A stretch of 64,000 nt of DNA from Patescibacteria group bacterium (GTDB lineage Bacteria > Patescibacteriota > Patescibacteriia > PEXW01). This document shows, in pieces, positions 27,611 through 38,542 of this stretch. The position numbers and the translations under genes are program-made. The notes under the pieces are model-generated. The model searched no databases. It had not been told where the DNA came from and worked only from the letters and a program-made list of their open reading frames with translations. How positions within the stretch are numbered: position 1 is the first letter of the stretch; every line of letters starts with the position of its first letter. The stretch spans positions 201,206 to 265,205 of the forward strand of contig JBAYJA010000001.1 in assembly GCA_041665345.1 (NCBI GenBank). The letters are read 5' to 3'.

Positions 27611-28756
27611 ATGTTTGAATCAATCACACCCGCAGCACAACCCACACCAGACGTACCTCGCGCCCCAGCACCTCCCAGCACACCTCTGGAGATTCACACC
27701 ATGCCCGAACGTTTCCTGGGTGGCGGGGCGCCAGGGAAGGGTTTACCCATGGGCGCGCCCAAGCCCAAGGGTTCTGGCCGTGGCTTGATTATTGCCATTA
27801 GCATCATTGTGGTGGTTGGCCTGGGTGTTGTGGCAGCACTGTTCTTCACGGATATCTTCAACAAGAATGCGGCCAATACGAATAATACAAATTTGGTTAC
27901 AAACACTGCAAATACCAATGCGAACTCGAACAGCAATGCCAATACGAACGCCAACGGCAATGCAAACCTGAACAGCAACGCAAATACGAATAGTAACCAA
28001 AATGGAAACTTGAACAGTAATGGCAACGTCAATACGAATGTGAATGCACCAACCAACCAAAATGTGAACAGCGATCCGCAGGCAAAATCCAGTGCAGATG
28101 CAGATAAAGATGAATTGACGAATGCAGAAGAGAGCATCTTTGGCACGAATCCCAGCTCCTCGGACTCCGATGGTGATAGCTTCTTGGATGGAAAAGAATT
28201 GAAATTAGGCTACTACCCACTCGGCGCTGGCAAGTTGGTGGCATCCTCACTCGTAAGCACATTCACAAACGCGCTCTACGGGAGTTCTGTGCTCTACCCG
28301 CGGCAGTGGGTAACGGTTGCCCGCAGCAGTACCGAGCAAATTTTCACCAATCCAACGGGTGATGAGAACATCACCTTGGCGGTGTATGACAATCCTGCCC
28401 GTCTTACTGCGAAGCAGTGGTACATGCAGCAAACCGGCTCGGTGGTAGACGCCACTGGTCTGGTGGATGTGGCCTCCTGGGATACGCTCAGCACCGGAGT
28501 GATTAGCCCAAATGGTTTAGTGTACTACTTTGCCAACGCAGGTCAGCTCTACGTGATTTCCCTGAATTACGGTCTGAAGCCCACGGTTGATTCCCGTGCG
28601 ACCTTTGAGATGCTGGCTCGGAGTTTGACCGTGGATCCCACGAAGGTGAATGTGAACACGAATACGGTAAATGCAAATGCCAACACGAATAGTGTGGGGA
28701 ACACGAATACCGCCGGGAATACCAACGGGAACAGTAATACCAACAGCAGCACCTAG
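27611..28756 (+). CDS. Single-TM protein with Asn-rich linkers, DxDxD repeats and PsbP-like C-terminal domain
   Basis: TM, NxN low-complexity runs, DADKDELTNAEE, DSDGDSFLDG, SVLYP..W. Confidence 0.85.
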   Translation: MFESITPAAQPTPDVPRAPAPPSTPLEIHTMPERFLGGGAPGKGLPMGAPKPKGSGRGLIIAISIIVVVGLGVVAALFFTDIFNKNAANTNNTNLVTNTANTNANSNSNANTNANGNANLNSNANTNSNQNGNLNSNGNVNTNVNAPTNQNVNSDPQAKSSADADKDELTNAEESIFGTNPSSSDSDGDSFLDGKELKLGYYPLGAGKLVASSLVSTFTNALYGSSVLYPRQWVTVARSSTEQIFTNPTGDENITLAVYDNPARLTAKQWYMQQTGSVVDATGLVDVASWDTLSTGVISPNGLVYYFANAGQLYVISLNYGLKPTVDSRATFEMLARSLTVDPTKVNVNTNTVNANANTNSVGNTNTAGNTNGNSNTNSST

Positions 28757-28757
28757 C

Positions 28758-29213
28758 ATGGAGTTCCGCGTGGTCAATCTGAGTGGCCAACGGCTGCTCC
28801 AACCACGCTGCAACGGTGTGCGCGTGACCTGGAAAGCGCTTTTCCACAAGACCCAAGGCATCCAAGGCGCCTGGTCAGGGATCAGTGTGGCCTTGGTGGT
28901 GTGCACCGGCCAAAAAATGGCCAGGCTCAATAAGCAGTACCGTGGGAAGCCAACGGCAACGGACGTTTTGGCCTTTCCGGATTCCACGGTGGATTCTGCC
29001 GGTAACGTGCGGAAGGGGAGTGGTGATATCTGCATATGTCCAACCGCCTTGCGACGCCGAAACCCGAAAGCAAATCTCGCTGAACTCCTTGCTCACCGGT
29101 TTGTGCACTCCCTCCTCCATCTCCATGGGTTTCTCCACGAAAGCGATGCTGCCGCCGCACGGATGGAAGCGCGCACCCAACTGATTTTACACGCATATGG
29201 TCGCCATCACTAG
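28758..29213 (+). CDS. ybeY: rRNA maturation endoribonuclease YbeY
   Basis: LNKQYRGK..ATDVLAFP, GDI.I, HSLLHLHGFLH. Confidence 0.92.
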   Translation: MEFRVVNLSGQRLLQPRCNGVRVTWKALFHKTQGIQGAWSGISVALVVCTGQKMARLNKQYRGKPTATDVLAFPDSTVDSAGNVRKGSGDICICPTALRRRNPKANLAELLAHRFVHSLLHLHGFLHESDAAAARMEARTQLILHAYGRHH

Positions 29214-29577
29214 CCAGAGTATGAAGAACAGCGTGCGCTACGCCCGACGGGGGATAGTCCATGCCTATAAAACCCAGCAGAGCCTCCGCGTCCAAGTGGT
29301 TACGGCAGCCGTGGTCATTATTGGCATGCTGGTTTTACGCGTTTCTACGCGCGATGCAGTCATTCTGATTTTTCTCATTGCCGCTGTCCTTACCTTAGAG
29401 CTCATCAATACCGTGGTTGAGCACCTCACCGACATGGTCAGCCCACGTCTGCAGGCAGCTGCGCAGGTCGTCAAAGACACAATGGCTGGCGCAGTCCTCC
29501 TCGTTTCCCTGGTGGCCGCGGTCGTGGGAATCATTGTCCTGTGGCCATACCTTAGCCACGCCCTGAGCTTGTCCTAG
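29197..29577 (+). CDS. dgkA: Diacylglycerol/undecaprenol kinase (DgkA family)
   Basis: LELINTVVEHLTD, KDTMAGAVL; ybeY-dgkA synteny. Confidence 0.9.
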   Translation: MVAITSQSMKNSVRYARRGIVHAYKTQQSLRVQVVTAAVVIIGMLVLRVSTRDAVILIFLIAAVLTLELINTVVEHLTDMVSPRLQAAAQVVKDTMAGAVLLVSLVAAVVGIIVLWPYLSHALSLS

Positions 29578-29609
29578 GGGCTCTTTTCTTGTATACTAGG
29601 CGCAACCCT

Positions 29610-30848
29610 ATGCCCCATGCACCCACCCTTGTCGGACTCGATCTCGGGTCCACGACTGTCCGTGTCGTGGTCGGCTCCGTTTTGGAAGCTGGCCAAGGTA
29701 TTCAGGTACTTGGGGTAGGTGAGCATGTGGCCGACGGTATTAGTAAGGGCGCAATCACCAGTATTGAGGATGCCATTTCTTCTATTTCCGGCGCGCTAGA
29801 GCAGGCTGAGCGTATGACTGGCATTCCCATAACCCACGCCTACGTTGGTATCAACGGGACGCACATCACCAGCCAGGAAGCGCATGGGGTTGTTGCGGTA
29901 GCGAAGGCTGATGGCGAAATTAAAGAAGCAGATGTGGAGCGGGTGATTGAAGCCGCGCAAACTATGGCAGTTCCTTCGAATACGGAAATATTGCACGTCA
30001 TTCCACGCACGTTCACCGTGGATAATCAAAAAGGGGTAAAAGACCCCATTGGCATGTCTGGGATTCGCTTGGAGGTGGACGCGCAGATTATTCAAGGCCT
30101 GCAAGCGCAAGTGAAGAACTTGACGAAGTGCATTTACCGCACTGGGGTGGAAATTGATGATATGGTGATGGGCGTTCTCGCGGCATCTGAAGCTGTTCTG
30201 ACGAAGCGCCAGAAGGAAATTGGGGTGTGCTTGGTGAACCTCGGTGCTTCCACCACCAGCGTCATTGTCTTTGAGGAGGGCGATGTTTTGCACACGGCAA
30301 TACTCCCCGTGGGTGCTGGGCACGTGACGAATGACATTGCTATTGGCCTGCGAACCTCCATTGATGTGGCTGAGCAGGTGAAACTGGAATACGGGACGGC
30401 TACTCCAGAAGAAGTGAGTAAGCGTGATGAAATAAATCTCGCAGAAGTGGATAGCAAAGAAACAGGCGTTGTGTCCCGCAAGCACGTGGCAGAGATCATT
30501 GAGGCGCGAACCTCAGAAATTTTCAGCATGGTAGAGAAAGAATTGCAGAAGGTTGATCGCTCTGGGTTGCTTCCAGCCGGGATTGTACTGGTGGGTGGAG
30601 GCGCAAAACTATTGGGTATTGTGGACATTGCAAAACGGGAGTTTCGCTTGCCAGCCGCCGTCGGCACCCCGTTGAATCTCATGACGGCTATTGATAAAGT
30701 GCAAGACCCGCAGTACGCTGCAGCGGTAGGGTTGGTTGCTTGGGGAGCTGCGCTCAACCAATCGTCAGGCAACCATTCATCGAAGTTCTCCACGGTCAAT
30801 GATGTCATTGGGAAGCTCCGTGGTTGGGTGAAGCACCTCACCTCCTAA
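29610..30848 (+). CDS. ftsA: Cell division protein FtsA
   Basis: GLDLGST, DPIGMSGIRLEV, VTNDIAIGLR, VLVGGGAKL. Confidence 0.97.
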   Translation: MPHAPTLVGLDLGSTTVRVVVGSVLEAGQGIQVLGVGEHVADGISKGAITSIEDAISSISGALEQAERMTGIPITHAYVGINGTHITSQEAHGVVAVAKADGEIKEADVERVIEAAQTMAVPSNTEILHVIPRTFTVDNQKGVKDPIGMSGIRLEVDAQIIQGLQAQVKNLTKCIYRTGVEIDDMVMGVLAASEAVLTKRQKEIGVCLVNLGASTTSVIVFEEGDVLHTAILPVGAGHVTNDIAIGLRTSIDVAEQVKLEYGTATPEEVSKRDEINLAEVDSKETGVVSRKHVAEIIEARTSEIFSMVEKELQKVDRSGLLPAGIVLVGGGAKLLGIVDIAKREFRLPAAVGTPLNLMTAIDKVQDPQYAAAVGLVAWGAALNQSSGNHSSKFSTVNDVIGKLRGWVKHLTS

Positions 30849-30872
30849 CCTTTGCGTATGGCCAGAAGCGCT

Positions 30873-32042
30873 ATGGAAATTAAACCGGATATCGAAACCT
30901 TCGCCAAAATTAAAGTGGTGGGCGTGGGTGGTTCTGGCGGATCCGCCGTTGACCGCATGATTGCCTCCAAGATTCGGGGGGTGGAATTTTTGGTCGTGAA
31001 CACCGATGCACAGGCGCTCCACCACTCGAAGGCGCAGACCAAAATTCACATTGGGAAAACGGTCACCCGGGGCTTAGGCGCCGGTATGGATCCAGAGCTT
31101 GGCCGGAAGGCTGCCGAAGAGAGCCAGGACGAGCTCCACGATGCGTTGAAGGGCGCAGATATGGTTTTCATCACCTGCGGCCTGGGTGGCGGCACTGGCA
31201 CGGGCGCCTCACCGGTTGTTGCAGAAATTGCGCAGGACGTGGGAGCGCTTACCGTTGCCGTCGTCACCAAGCCGTTTGCTTTTGAAGGTGCGCAGCGGAA
31301 AGACATTGGCGAATCTGGCTTGCAAGAGTTGAGCGATCGGGTTGATACTCTCATTACCATCCCGAATGACCGGCTTCTGCAAATCATCGACAAGAAAACT
31401 TCGCTCCTCGACGCATTTGGCACGGTTGATGACGTCCTTCGTCAAGGTGTCCAGGGGATTTCTGAGCTCATCACCATTCCTGGACTTATTAATGTGGACT
31501 TTGCAGACGTCAAATCCATCATGGAAGATGCGGGATCCGCGCTCATGGGTATTGGGAAAGGGAGTGGGGATAATCGAGCTGTTGATGCGGCAAAAGCGGC
31601 CATTGATAGTCCTTTGCTGGAGCTCAGTATTGACGGAGCCAAGGGTATTCTCTTCACGGTCACGGGTGGGTCTGACCTGAGCATGTTTGAGGTGAACGAA
31701 GCTGCCCGGATTATCACTGCCTCCATTGATCCAAATGCGAAAGTCATCTTTGGTACGGTGATTGACGAAGCCTTGAAAGGTGAAGTCCGCATTACCGTCA
31801 TTGCCACAGGTTTTGGGAAGGGCGCGACGCCCCGGCCAATGGGAAAAAAGATTACCCCCCAGGGTCTCACCCCCATGGAACCATCTCCCAGAACGACGCC
31901 CCGGCCCGCACCTGAGCCAGTGAAACCCACACCGCCACCAGCACGGCCAACCCCCCGACCAATGCCCGAACCAGCCACGCCACCCAAGGCGGCGGAAGAG
32001 GATCTGGAAATCCCCGCGTTTATTCGCCGGAAAATGATGTAA
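30873..32042 (+). CDS. ftsZ: Cell division protein FtsZ
   Basis: [16 protein letters not shown]-terminal [11 protein letters not shown]. Confidence 0.98.
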   Translation: MEIKPDIETFAKIKVVGVGGSGGSAVDRMIASKIRGVEFLVVNTDAQALHHSKAQTKIHIGKTVTRGLGAGMDPELGRKAAEESQDELHDALKGADMVFITCGLGGGTGTGASPVVAEIAQDVGALTVAVVTKPFAFEGAQRKDIGESGLQELSDRVDTLITIPNDRLLQIIDKKTSLLDAFGTVDDVLRQGVQGISELITIPGLINVDFADVKSIMEDAGSALMGIGKGSGDNRAVDAAKAAIDSPLLELSIDGAKGILFTVTGGSDLSMFEVNEAARIITASIDPNAKVIFGTVIDEALKGEVRITVIATGFGKGATPRPMGKKITPQGLTPMEPSPRTTPRPAPEPVKPTPPPARPTPRPMPEPATPPKAAEEDLEIPAFIRRKMM

Positions 32043-32176
32043 GTCAGGGTGTGCGGCAGGAGGAGCACGCTATCCACAGGCAACCAGGTGTGTCGTCATC
32101 TTCTTCCTAATGCGACACACGTAAAGTTCAATACGTACTAGCAATTTCACCCCACGTTCGTCAGAGTAGGGGAGAT

Positions 32177-32232
32177 TTGCTTTTTCCCATATCTAGTGGT
32201 ATACTACCCATTGGAACCACTACATGTAGTAT
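32177..32232 (+). promoter_or_regulatory. Promoter with two NrdR boxes
   Basis: TTGCTT-17-TATACT; boxes TTCCCATATCTAGTGG (32184-32199) and CCACTACATGTAGTAT (32217-32232) match acaCwAtATaTwGtgt. Confidence 0.8.
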
Positions 32233-32514
32233 TTCTTAGGAAAAGCAGAAAAGAAGCGTAGCGATCGAAAGCCGCGTGATCGCCTCGGAGCTTGTCCCGT
32301 GTCAGCTTCTTTCACAAAACCCACACCCACCCCAACACCAGGGTATAGCAACCTTGCCCGTTGCCGGCCGTTCGCGTGGAAAGCACCTCGCAACACGTCC
32401 AGAGCAGCAGGCTATGGTTTCTGGTCGCTTGCCAGCTTGGCGAAGTCGGGCTTTCTCCTGTACGATGGAGAACCCCGCCACTGTTGGCGACCCTGGAATA
32501 CTCCGCGTTGTGCT

Positions 32515-33036
32515 ATGAAATGCCCTGCCTGCCATAAGTTGGATACGCGCGTTATGGACTCCCGCCTCATTGAAGACGGGCTGGCCATTCGGCGACGCCG
32601 GGAATGCCCGCGGTGCAGCTTCCGCTTCTCCACGGTGGAGGAAACGGAAATTTTGAACCTCAGCGTCATCAAGCGGGACGGCCGGCACGAGCCGTATAGC
32701 CGGGAAAAGCTAGAAGTGGGGATTCGGCGGTCATTCCAGAAGCTGCCCCAGACCCAGGATGAGTTCAAGCGGCTCATCAACCAGATTGAACGGGACATCC
32801 AAACCTCGGGTCGTACGGAAATCAAGAGTTCAGCCATTGGAGAAATTGTCATGAAGCACCTGAAGCGGGCCAGCCACGTGGCCTACATCCGCTTCGCCTC
32901 GGTCTACCGCTCCTTCACCGACGTGGCTACCTTCCAAGACGAACTGAACGGTTTACTGCGGCCAGTGCGGCAGCGAAAACTTCCAACCCGCAGTGGGTCT
33001 CGCCGCCGAACAGTCGTGCGTCGAAATCGAAAATAA
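32515..33036 (+). CDS. nrdR: Transcriptional repressor NrdR
   Basis: MKCPAC..DSR..IRRRRECP.C..RFST.E, ATP cone, VAYIRFASVY. Confidence 0.97.
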   Translation: MKCPACHKLDTRVMDSRLIEDGLAIRRRRECPRCSFRFSTVEETEILNLSVIKRDGRHEPYSREKLEVGIRRSFQKLPQTQDEFKRLINQIERDIQTSGRTEIKSSAIGEIVMKHLKRASHVAYIRFASVYRSFTDVATFQDELNGLLRPVRQRKLPTRSGSRRRTVVRRNRK

Positions 33037-33072
33037 TTTGCAAACCCCTCGTTCCCTAATTGACGCGTTCCC

Positions 33073-36000
33073 ATGCCTAACGCCGCCACCCTCACGCACA
33101 CCTCCACTCAGACTGCAGCACCTGCTCTGCCGCCAGTGCGGTATAGTCCAACAGGTTTGCGGGTGAAGCGGCGGAACACCACCCCCGGGGTCAACCCGTT
33201 GGACCAGGTGGCGTATGAGAAGCGGACTTCAGTCATCAAAAATCCTGATGGCCGGATTGTGCATGAGATAACTGACGTGGAAGTGCCTAAAGGCTGGTCC
33301 CAAGTGGCCACCGATATTTTGGCGCAGAAGTACTTTCGCAAAGCCGGGGTACCGCAGCTGGATGCGGAAGGAAATCCGGTGCTGGATAGTCAGGGCAACC
33401 CCGTGCTGGGGTCAGAGCGAAGTGCGCGGCAGGTCGTGCACCGTTTGGCACACTGCTGGCGCTGGTGGGGTGAGCGCTACGGCTACTTTGCCTCCGCCGA
33501 AGATGCGCAGGCCTACGAAGACGAAATGGCCTTCATTCTCATTAACCAGTTTGGCGCGCCCAATTCCCCCCAGTGGTTCAACACCGGTCTGGCGACGGTC
33601 TACGGCATTACCAGCTCCCCCCAGGGGCACTACTACGTGGTGCCAGAAACCGGCGAGCTCCGGAAGTCCGAAGACGCCTACACCCACCCCCAGCCGCACG
33701 CCTGCTTCATCCAGAGTGTGAAAGATGACCTGGTGAACGAAGGTGGGATTTTTGACCTGATTACCCGCGAAGCGCGGCTTTTCAAGTACGGTTCGGGCAC
33801 GGGCAGCAACTTCTCCACCCTCCGCGGCAAAGGCGAACGCCTGGGCGGCGGCGGCCAGTCCTCGGGCATGATGTCCTTCCTGAAGATTTTTGACCGGGCA
33901 GCCGGAGCCATCAAGAGCGGTGGTACCACGCGTCGGGCAGCCAAGATGGTTATCGTCAACGTGGACCACCCAGACGTGGAAGAGTTCATTACCTGGAAAG
34001 TCCAGGAAGAGCAGAAGGTGGCAGACCTGGTCACGGGTAGCAAAATTAACGCCAAGGCGCTGAATGAGATTATGCGCGTGGCGCACGAAGCCGGCACCAC
34101 CAACGTGCAGCAGTCGCCGGAGCTGAAGCGGGTCATCAAAGACGCGGCACGGTCCAATGTTCCCCTCAACTACGTGGCGCGGGTATTGGATTTGGTTCGC
34201 CAAGGTCGGACCAGCATTGACTTCCCGGTGTTTGACACGCACTTCGAAGGCGAAGCGTACACTACCGTCTCTGGGCAGAACAGCAACAACACCGTGCGCG
34301 TGACCAATGCGTACATGGATGCGGTGCGCGTGAATGCTCCCTGGAACCTCACCAACCGCACCACCGGGGAAGTGGTTCGCACCGTTCCCGCCCGGGACCT
34401 GTGGGATCAAATTTCCTACGCTGCTTGGGCGTGCGCGGATCCGGGCTTGCAGTTTGACACCACGGTGAACGAGTGGCACACCTGCCCGGCTGATGGCCGC
34501 ATTAACGGTTCCAACCCGTGCAGCGAGTACATGTTCATGGATGACACGGCCTGCAACCTGGCTTCCCTCAACCTGGCCAAGTACCTGGACGCGGAAACCG
34601 GCATCTTTGACATTGACGGCTACCGCCACAGCATCCGGCTGTGGACCCTTACCCTGGAACTCTCCGTGCTCATGGCGCAGTTCCCCGGCGCGGAGATTGC
34701 CCGCCGCAGCTACGAGTACCGCACCCTGGGCTTGGGCTACGCCAACCTGGGCACAGTCCTGATGACCATGGGCATTCCCTACGACTCCGACGAAGGCCGC
34801 GCCATTGCCGGTGCCCTCACTGCTGTCATGACCGGGGAATCCTACGCGGCTTCAGCTGAAGTTGCCAGTGTGGTGGGCTCCTTCCCCGCCTACGAGCGCA
34901 ACAAGCGGCACATGCTCCGCGTCATCCGCAACCACCGCCGCGCCGCGTACAATGCGCCGGCAGATGAGTACGAAGGCCTCTCCATTCTCCCCATGGGCAT
35001 TGCGGGCGACGTTTGTCCACCCTACCTCCTGGACGCAGCCAAGCACGCCTGGGACCGCGCCATCACCCTGGGTGAGCAGCATGGCTACCGCAACGCGCAG
35101 ACCACAGTCATTGCCCCCACCGGCACCATTGGCCTGGTCATGGACTGTGACACCACGGGCATTGAGCCAGACTTCGCCATTGTGAAATTCAAGAAGTTGG
35201 CCGGCGGCGGGTTCTTCAAAATCGTCAACCAATCTTTGGACAAAGCCTTGAAGCACTTGGGTTACACCCCAACGCAGGTGCAGGAAATTGAAGCCTACGC
35301 CAAAGGTCACGGCACCCTGGTGGGCTGCCCCACCATCAACCCCGCGGTGCTCCGAGACAAAGGCTTCACCGACGCTGACCTGCAGAAAATTGAAGCCAGC
35401 CTCTCCACGGCTTTTGACCTCCGTTTCGCCTTCACTCCCTTCACTTTGGGTGAGGACATGCTCAAGCGCATTGGCATGACGGACGGGCAAGTGGCAGACC
35501 GCGAATTGAACGTGCTGAAAGCCCTGGGTTTTACCGATGCGGAAGTGGAAGAAGCGAATGCGTACGTCTGCGGCACCATGACCATTGAAGGCGCGCCCCA
35601 CCTGAAGCCAGAGCACTACGCGGTCTTTGACTGCGCCAACAAGTGCGGCACCAAAGGCAAGCGCTACATTCACTACGACGCGCACCTGCAGATGATGGCC
35701 GCAGCCCAGCCCTTCATCTCTGGCGCCATTTCCAAAACCATCAACATGCCCAACGATGCCACGTTGGTGGACATTGCTACGGCCTACGACAAGAGCTGGA
35801 AACTCATGCTGAAAGCCGTTGCCCTGTACCGGGATGGTTCCAAACTTTCCCAACCGCTGAACTCCACCTCAGGTCTGGACGAGCTTGCCCAGGCAGACAC
35901 CGAGGAAGATGAAGTGAACGAGCAAGTGACGCCCCAGCAGGTCTCGGACGCCGTGGCTGCCCAGGCCGTGCGTTCCGCCTTGCCCAACAAGCGCCGGGGC

Positions 36001-36579
36001 TTTGTGCAGAAGGCGTACGTGGGCGGGCACAAGGTCTACCTCCGCACGGGTGAGTACCCCGACGGGAAGTTGGGTGAGATCTTCATTGACATGTACAAAG
36101 AGGGGACGGCGTACCGCAGCTTGCTTTCCATGTTCGCCATTTCCATTTCCAAAGGGTTGCAGTACGGCATTCCCTTGGAAGACTACGTGGATACGTACAC
36201 CTACACAAGATTTGAACCCGCGGGCTCGGTGCAGGGGCACTCCAACGTGAAGATGTCCACCTCCATTCTGGACTACGTCTTCCGCGTGTTGGGCTACGAG
36301 TACCTGGGCCGCAATGACCTGGTGCACGTAAAGCCCGAGGTGAAGGAAGTGGAAGGGAAGACCGCCACCCAGGCCAGCCTGCCCATGGAGATTGCCAAGA
36401 CCACCAGCAATAGCCACGCCATGAAGCAGACCGTCAGCTTTGGCATGGAAGCCAAGGACGAAGCTCGGCAGCAGGGTTTCACCGGTGACCAGTGCGGCGC
36501 CTGCGGCAGCATGAAGATGAAGCGCAACGGCACCTGCATATTATGTCTCGACTGTGGTGAGACGACAGGGTGTAGTTAA
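33073..36579 (+). CDS. nrdJ: Class II (adenosylcobalamin-dependent) ribonucleotide reductase
   Basis: [46 protein letters not shown]-like domain and C-terminal CxxC..CxxC. Confidence 0.96.
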   Translation: MPNAATLTHTSTQTAAPALPPVRYSPTGLRVKRRNTTPGVNPLDQVAYEKRTSVIKNPDGRIVHEITDVEVPKGWSQVATDILAQKYFRKAGVPQLDAEGNPVLDSQGNPVLGSERSARQVVHRLAHCWRWWGERYGYFASAEDAQAYEDEMAFILINQFGAPNSPQWFNTGLATVYGITSSPQGHYYVVPETGELRKSEDAYTHPQPHACFIQSVKDDLVNEGGIFDLITREARLFKYGSGTGSNFSTLRGKGERLGGGGQSSGMMSFLKIFDRAAGAIKSGGTTRRAAKMVIVNVDHPDVEEFITWKVQEEQKVADLVTGSKINAKALNEIMRVAHEAGTTNVQQSPELKRVIKDAARSNVPLNYVARVLDLVRQGRTSIDFPVFDTHFEGEAYTTVSGQNSNNTVRVTNAYMDAVRVNAPWNLTNRTTGEVVRTVPARDLWDQISYAAWACADPGLQFDTTVNEWHTCPADGRINGSNPCSEYMFMDDTACNLASLNLAKYLDAETGIFDIDGYRHSIRLWTLTLELSVLMAQFPGAEIARRSYEYRTLGLGYANLGTVLMTMGIPYDSDEGRAIAGALTAVMTGESYAASAEVASVVGSFPAYERNKRHMLRVIRNHRRAAYNAPADEYEGLSILPMGIAGDVCPPYLLDAAKHAWDRAITLGEQHGYRNAQTTVIAPTGTIGLVMDCDTTGIEPDFAIVKFKKLAGGGFFKIVNQSLDKALKHLGYTPTQVQEIEAYAKGHGTLVGCPTINPAVLRDKGFTDADLQKIEASLSTAFDLRFAFTPFTLGEDMLKRIGMTDGQVADRELNVLKALGFTDAEVEEANAYVCGTMTIEGAPHLKPEHYAVFDCANKCGTKGKRYIHYDAHLQMMAAAQPFISGAISKTINMPNDATLVDIATAYDKSWKLMLKAVALYRDGSKLSQPLNSTSGLDELAQADTEEDEVNEQVTPQQVSDAVAAQAVRSALPNKRRGFVQKAYVGGHKVYLRTGEYPDGKLGEIFIDMYKEGTAYRSLLSMFAISISKGLQYGIPLEDYVDTYTYTRFEPAGSVQGHSNVKMSTSILDYVFRVLGYEYLGRNDLVHVKPEVKEVEGKTATQASLPMEIAKTTSNSHAMKQTVSFGMEAKDEARQQGFTGDQCGACGSMKMKRNGTCILCLDCGETTGCS

Positions 36580-36588
36580 ACAAACTTC

Positions 36589-36714
36589 ACCTCCCCCAAC
36601 CCCCTCCTTCGTAAGGAGGGGGTTTTGAGATGTGTGTACCACCCGCCCCTTGCGAAGGGGCCGTCTGCGGCGGGCGCGACCCATTGGAAGCACCCCGGAC
36701 GGGGAGGGTGGGGT
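36589..36714. repeat. Palindromic element upstream of DUF559 nuclease
   Basis: ACCTCCCCCAACCCCCTCCTTCGTAAGGAGGGGG...CCCCTTGCGAAGGGG[CCGTC...GACGG]GGAGGGTGGGGT. Confidence 0.7.
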
Positions 36715-36725
36715 AGAATGTTTGT

Positions 36726-37115
36726 ATGACCGAGATTTTCAACAAGCGAGAAGAGAAGGAGAAACGGAGGAGGCTCCGCAGTGACATGCCACGGGCTGAA
36801 GGGATGCTTTGGGAGCAACTTCGGGGGAAACGCCTTGGGGAGCATCGATTTCGTCGGCAGGTAAGTATTGGGAAGTATGTCGTAGATTTTTACTGCCCAC
36901 GTCTCCGGCTAGTTGTTGAGGTTGATGGCGAGTCACATTTTCAGGAAGGTGCACGTGAGTACGATTGGGAAAGGCAGCAGATAATTGAGAATCTGGGGTT
37001 ACATTTTATTCGCGTAACGAACACGGATGTTTACAGTAATCTCCAAGGAGTTGTTGATGAGATTCTTCATGAGATGAAGCGAATCGAGAATAGAAGAATT
37101 TCTTTCCCGAAATAA
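36726..37115 (+). CDS. DUF559 / Vsr-like endonuclease domain protein
   Basis: LR...AE..LW..LR....FRRQ..IG.Y.VDFYC....LVVEVDG..H. Confidence 0.92.
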   Translation: MTEIFNKREEKEKRRRLRSDMPRAEGMLWEQLRGKRLGEHRFRRQVSIGKYVVDFYCPRLRLVVEVDGESHFQEGAREYDWERQQIIENLGLHFIRVTNTDVYSNLQGVVDEILHEMKRIENRRISFPK

Positions 37116-37142
37116 AAAAGAGCAACCCGGGTGAGGTTGCTC

Positions 37143-37751
37143 TTAAAGAGATTTTTTGGGGTGACGCTGGGCAAGGAGTCCAACGCCGCCATGAAGGATG
37201 AAACAGAGTATGGGGTAGGCGAGTTGGTACAGACCGTCATCAGGCCGGGGATCATGCTCCCATTGGAGGAAGATTGCTATCAGGCTCACCAGGTAGGCAA
37301 TGCTCCACAAGTACCAGGGGAAGACCCGAGTTTCGGTTTTTGGATCTCGCCACACACCGCGGTAGGTGGGGTAGAAAGACAACGCGATAGGAATTTGCAC
37401 TAAAAGGTTTGCCATCTTTGCGTCGTGGAACAAAAGCCACAGCAGACCAATGAGCGAGCCCAGGAGCAAGATTACTTTTTCCAACTGGTCCAGGGGTCTA
37501 AACTTACCCAGCCGTAATGCCACTACAAATACGTATATGTTCGCCAAGCTGCTGGCAATCGGTAACGCACTTTTAATTATGTCTGAAGTGCTGGTGAGGT
37601 AGGTTGCACAGTTCAGCGTGGTAAGAATGACCCAGAGCATCCAGGTGGCGGGGTTTGGCGTGGCCATTCCTTTGCCCATATTCCGTTTGTAAAGGAGAAA
37701 AGCCGCGACGTGCATTGACGCGGCAATTACTGCAAACGTCATTGCAAGCAC
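37143..37751 (-). CDS. Multi-TM membrane protein (PQ-loop-like), paralog of 38936-39559
   Basis: PNPATWMLW, FYPTYRGVW..P..E...PW; own promoter and GAAAGGA RBS. Confidence 0.8.
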   Translation of the reverse strand: MLAMTFAVIAASMHVAAFLLYKRNMGKGMATPNPATWMLWVILTTLNCATYLTSTSDIIKSALPIASSLANIYVFVVALRLGKFRPLDQLEKVILLLGSLIGLLWLLFHDAKMANLLVQIPIALSFYPTYRGVWRDPKTETRVFPWYLWSIAYLVSLIAIFLQWEHDPRPDDGLYQLAYPILCFILHGGVGLLAQRHPKKSL

Positions 37752-37860
37752 AGGTATCCTTTCTGTTTGCGTTTTTGTTAGTCAGCAAGAATAGCAAGAA
37801 TGTTGGTTTTGTCAACCGAGAAAAGAAAAAGAGCAACCTAGGTGAGGTTGCTCGTAGTGA

Positions 37861-38136
37861 TCAGTTTTTTAAGTTCTGCTGGGGTGTGGTCTCTCTCCAC
37901 AAAACTCGATCTTCATACATGAAGAACAGTGCAACCAGACCTCCGAGAACTACGGCGACGGTTGTGAATGTACTTCGGAGATCATGCACTGCGACGCTAC
38001 CGTTAGTCATTGCGCTCAGGCCTAGGAGGAGCGCACAAATGAGTCCGCTGCCAACAATGCCAAAGAGCACGCTCGCAAATCCGCTAATCAAAATGGAAAT
38101 GTACAGGTTGCCCAAGAATTCAACGAAACGATTCAT
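37861..38136 (-). CDS. Small membrane protein, hypothetical
   Basis: GGAGG RBS, own promoter, two TM segments. Confidence 0.7.
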   Translation of the reverse strand: MNRFVEFLGNLYISILISGFASVLFGIVGSGLICALLLGLSAMTNGSVAVHDLRSTFTTVAVVLGGLVALFFMYEDRVLWRETTPQQNLKN

Positions 38137-38260
38137 TATTCCTCCAATTTTTTGTTTTCTTGTAGTCAGTGAATCTAGCAAGAAGTTATTTTCTTGTCAA
38201 TTGCCAAACCAGAAAAAAAGAGCAGCCTGGGTGAGGTTGCTCTATGAAGAAATTTGGATT

Positions 38261-38542
38261 TTAGACCACGATTTCGTTTTTGCAATTGGAATTGACCCAG
38301 AGTAATTTTCCGTTTCCGTCACGGATACAGCGTAAGTAGCGGTATCCCCAGCAGAAGGTTTTCCTATCAGCAGTAAAATCAATTCCCCCCATATTCTGCT
38401 GCACCTTTCCAGAATGTACACGGGCTACTGACTTATTCAGCTCAACGTTCGCTGGGATATGGCTCGTGGGAGAACCAGGCACGAATTCAATGGAGTATGA
38501 TCCTGTATGGGACCAGAGACCAGTTGGATTTACAAACGTCAC
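38261..38542 (-). CDS. Hypothetical protein
   Basis: GGAGG RBS, own promoter and terminator. Confidence 0.65.
   Translation of the reverse strand: MTFVNPTGLWSHTGSYSIEFVPGSPTSHIPANVELNKSVARVHSGKVQQNMGGIDFTADRKTFCWGYRYLRCIRDGNGKLLWVNSNCKNEIVV

Noticed and set aside
27880-28070. DNA tandem repeat
   Set aside because: Asn/Thr-rich low-complexity protein linker, not a nucleotide-level repeat
33412-35853. Long antisense ORFs (405 aa, 333 aa) opposite nrdJ, and similar ones opposite mfd, topA, ftsA, prfB
   Set aside because: Shadow ORFs caused by high GC3 codon bias
33073-36579. Intein or intron in nrdJ
   Set aside because: Continuous ORF, no C1/HN-C splice motifs or LAGLIDADG blocks seen; length explained by known class II insert and C-terminal domains
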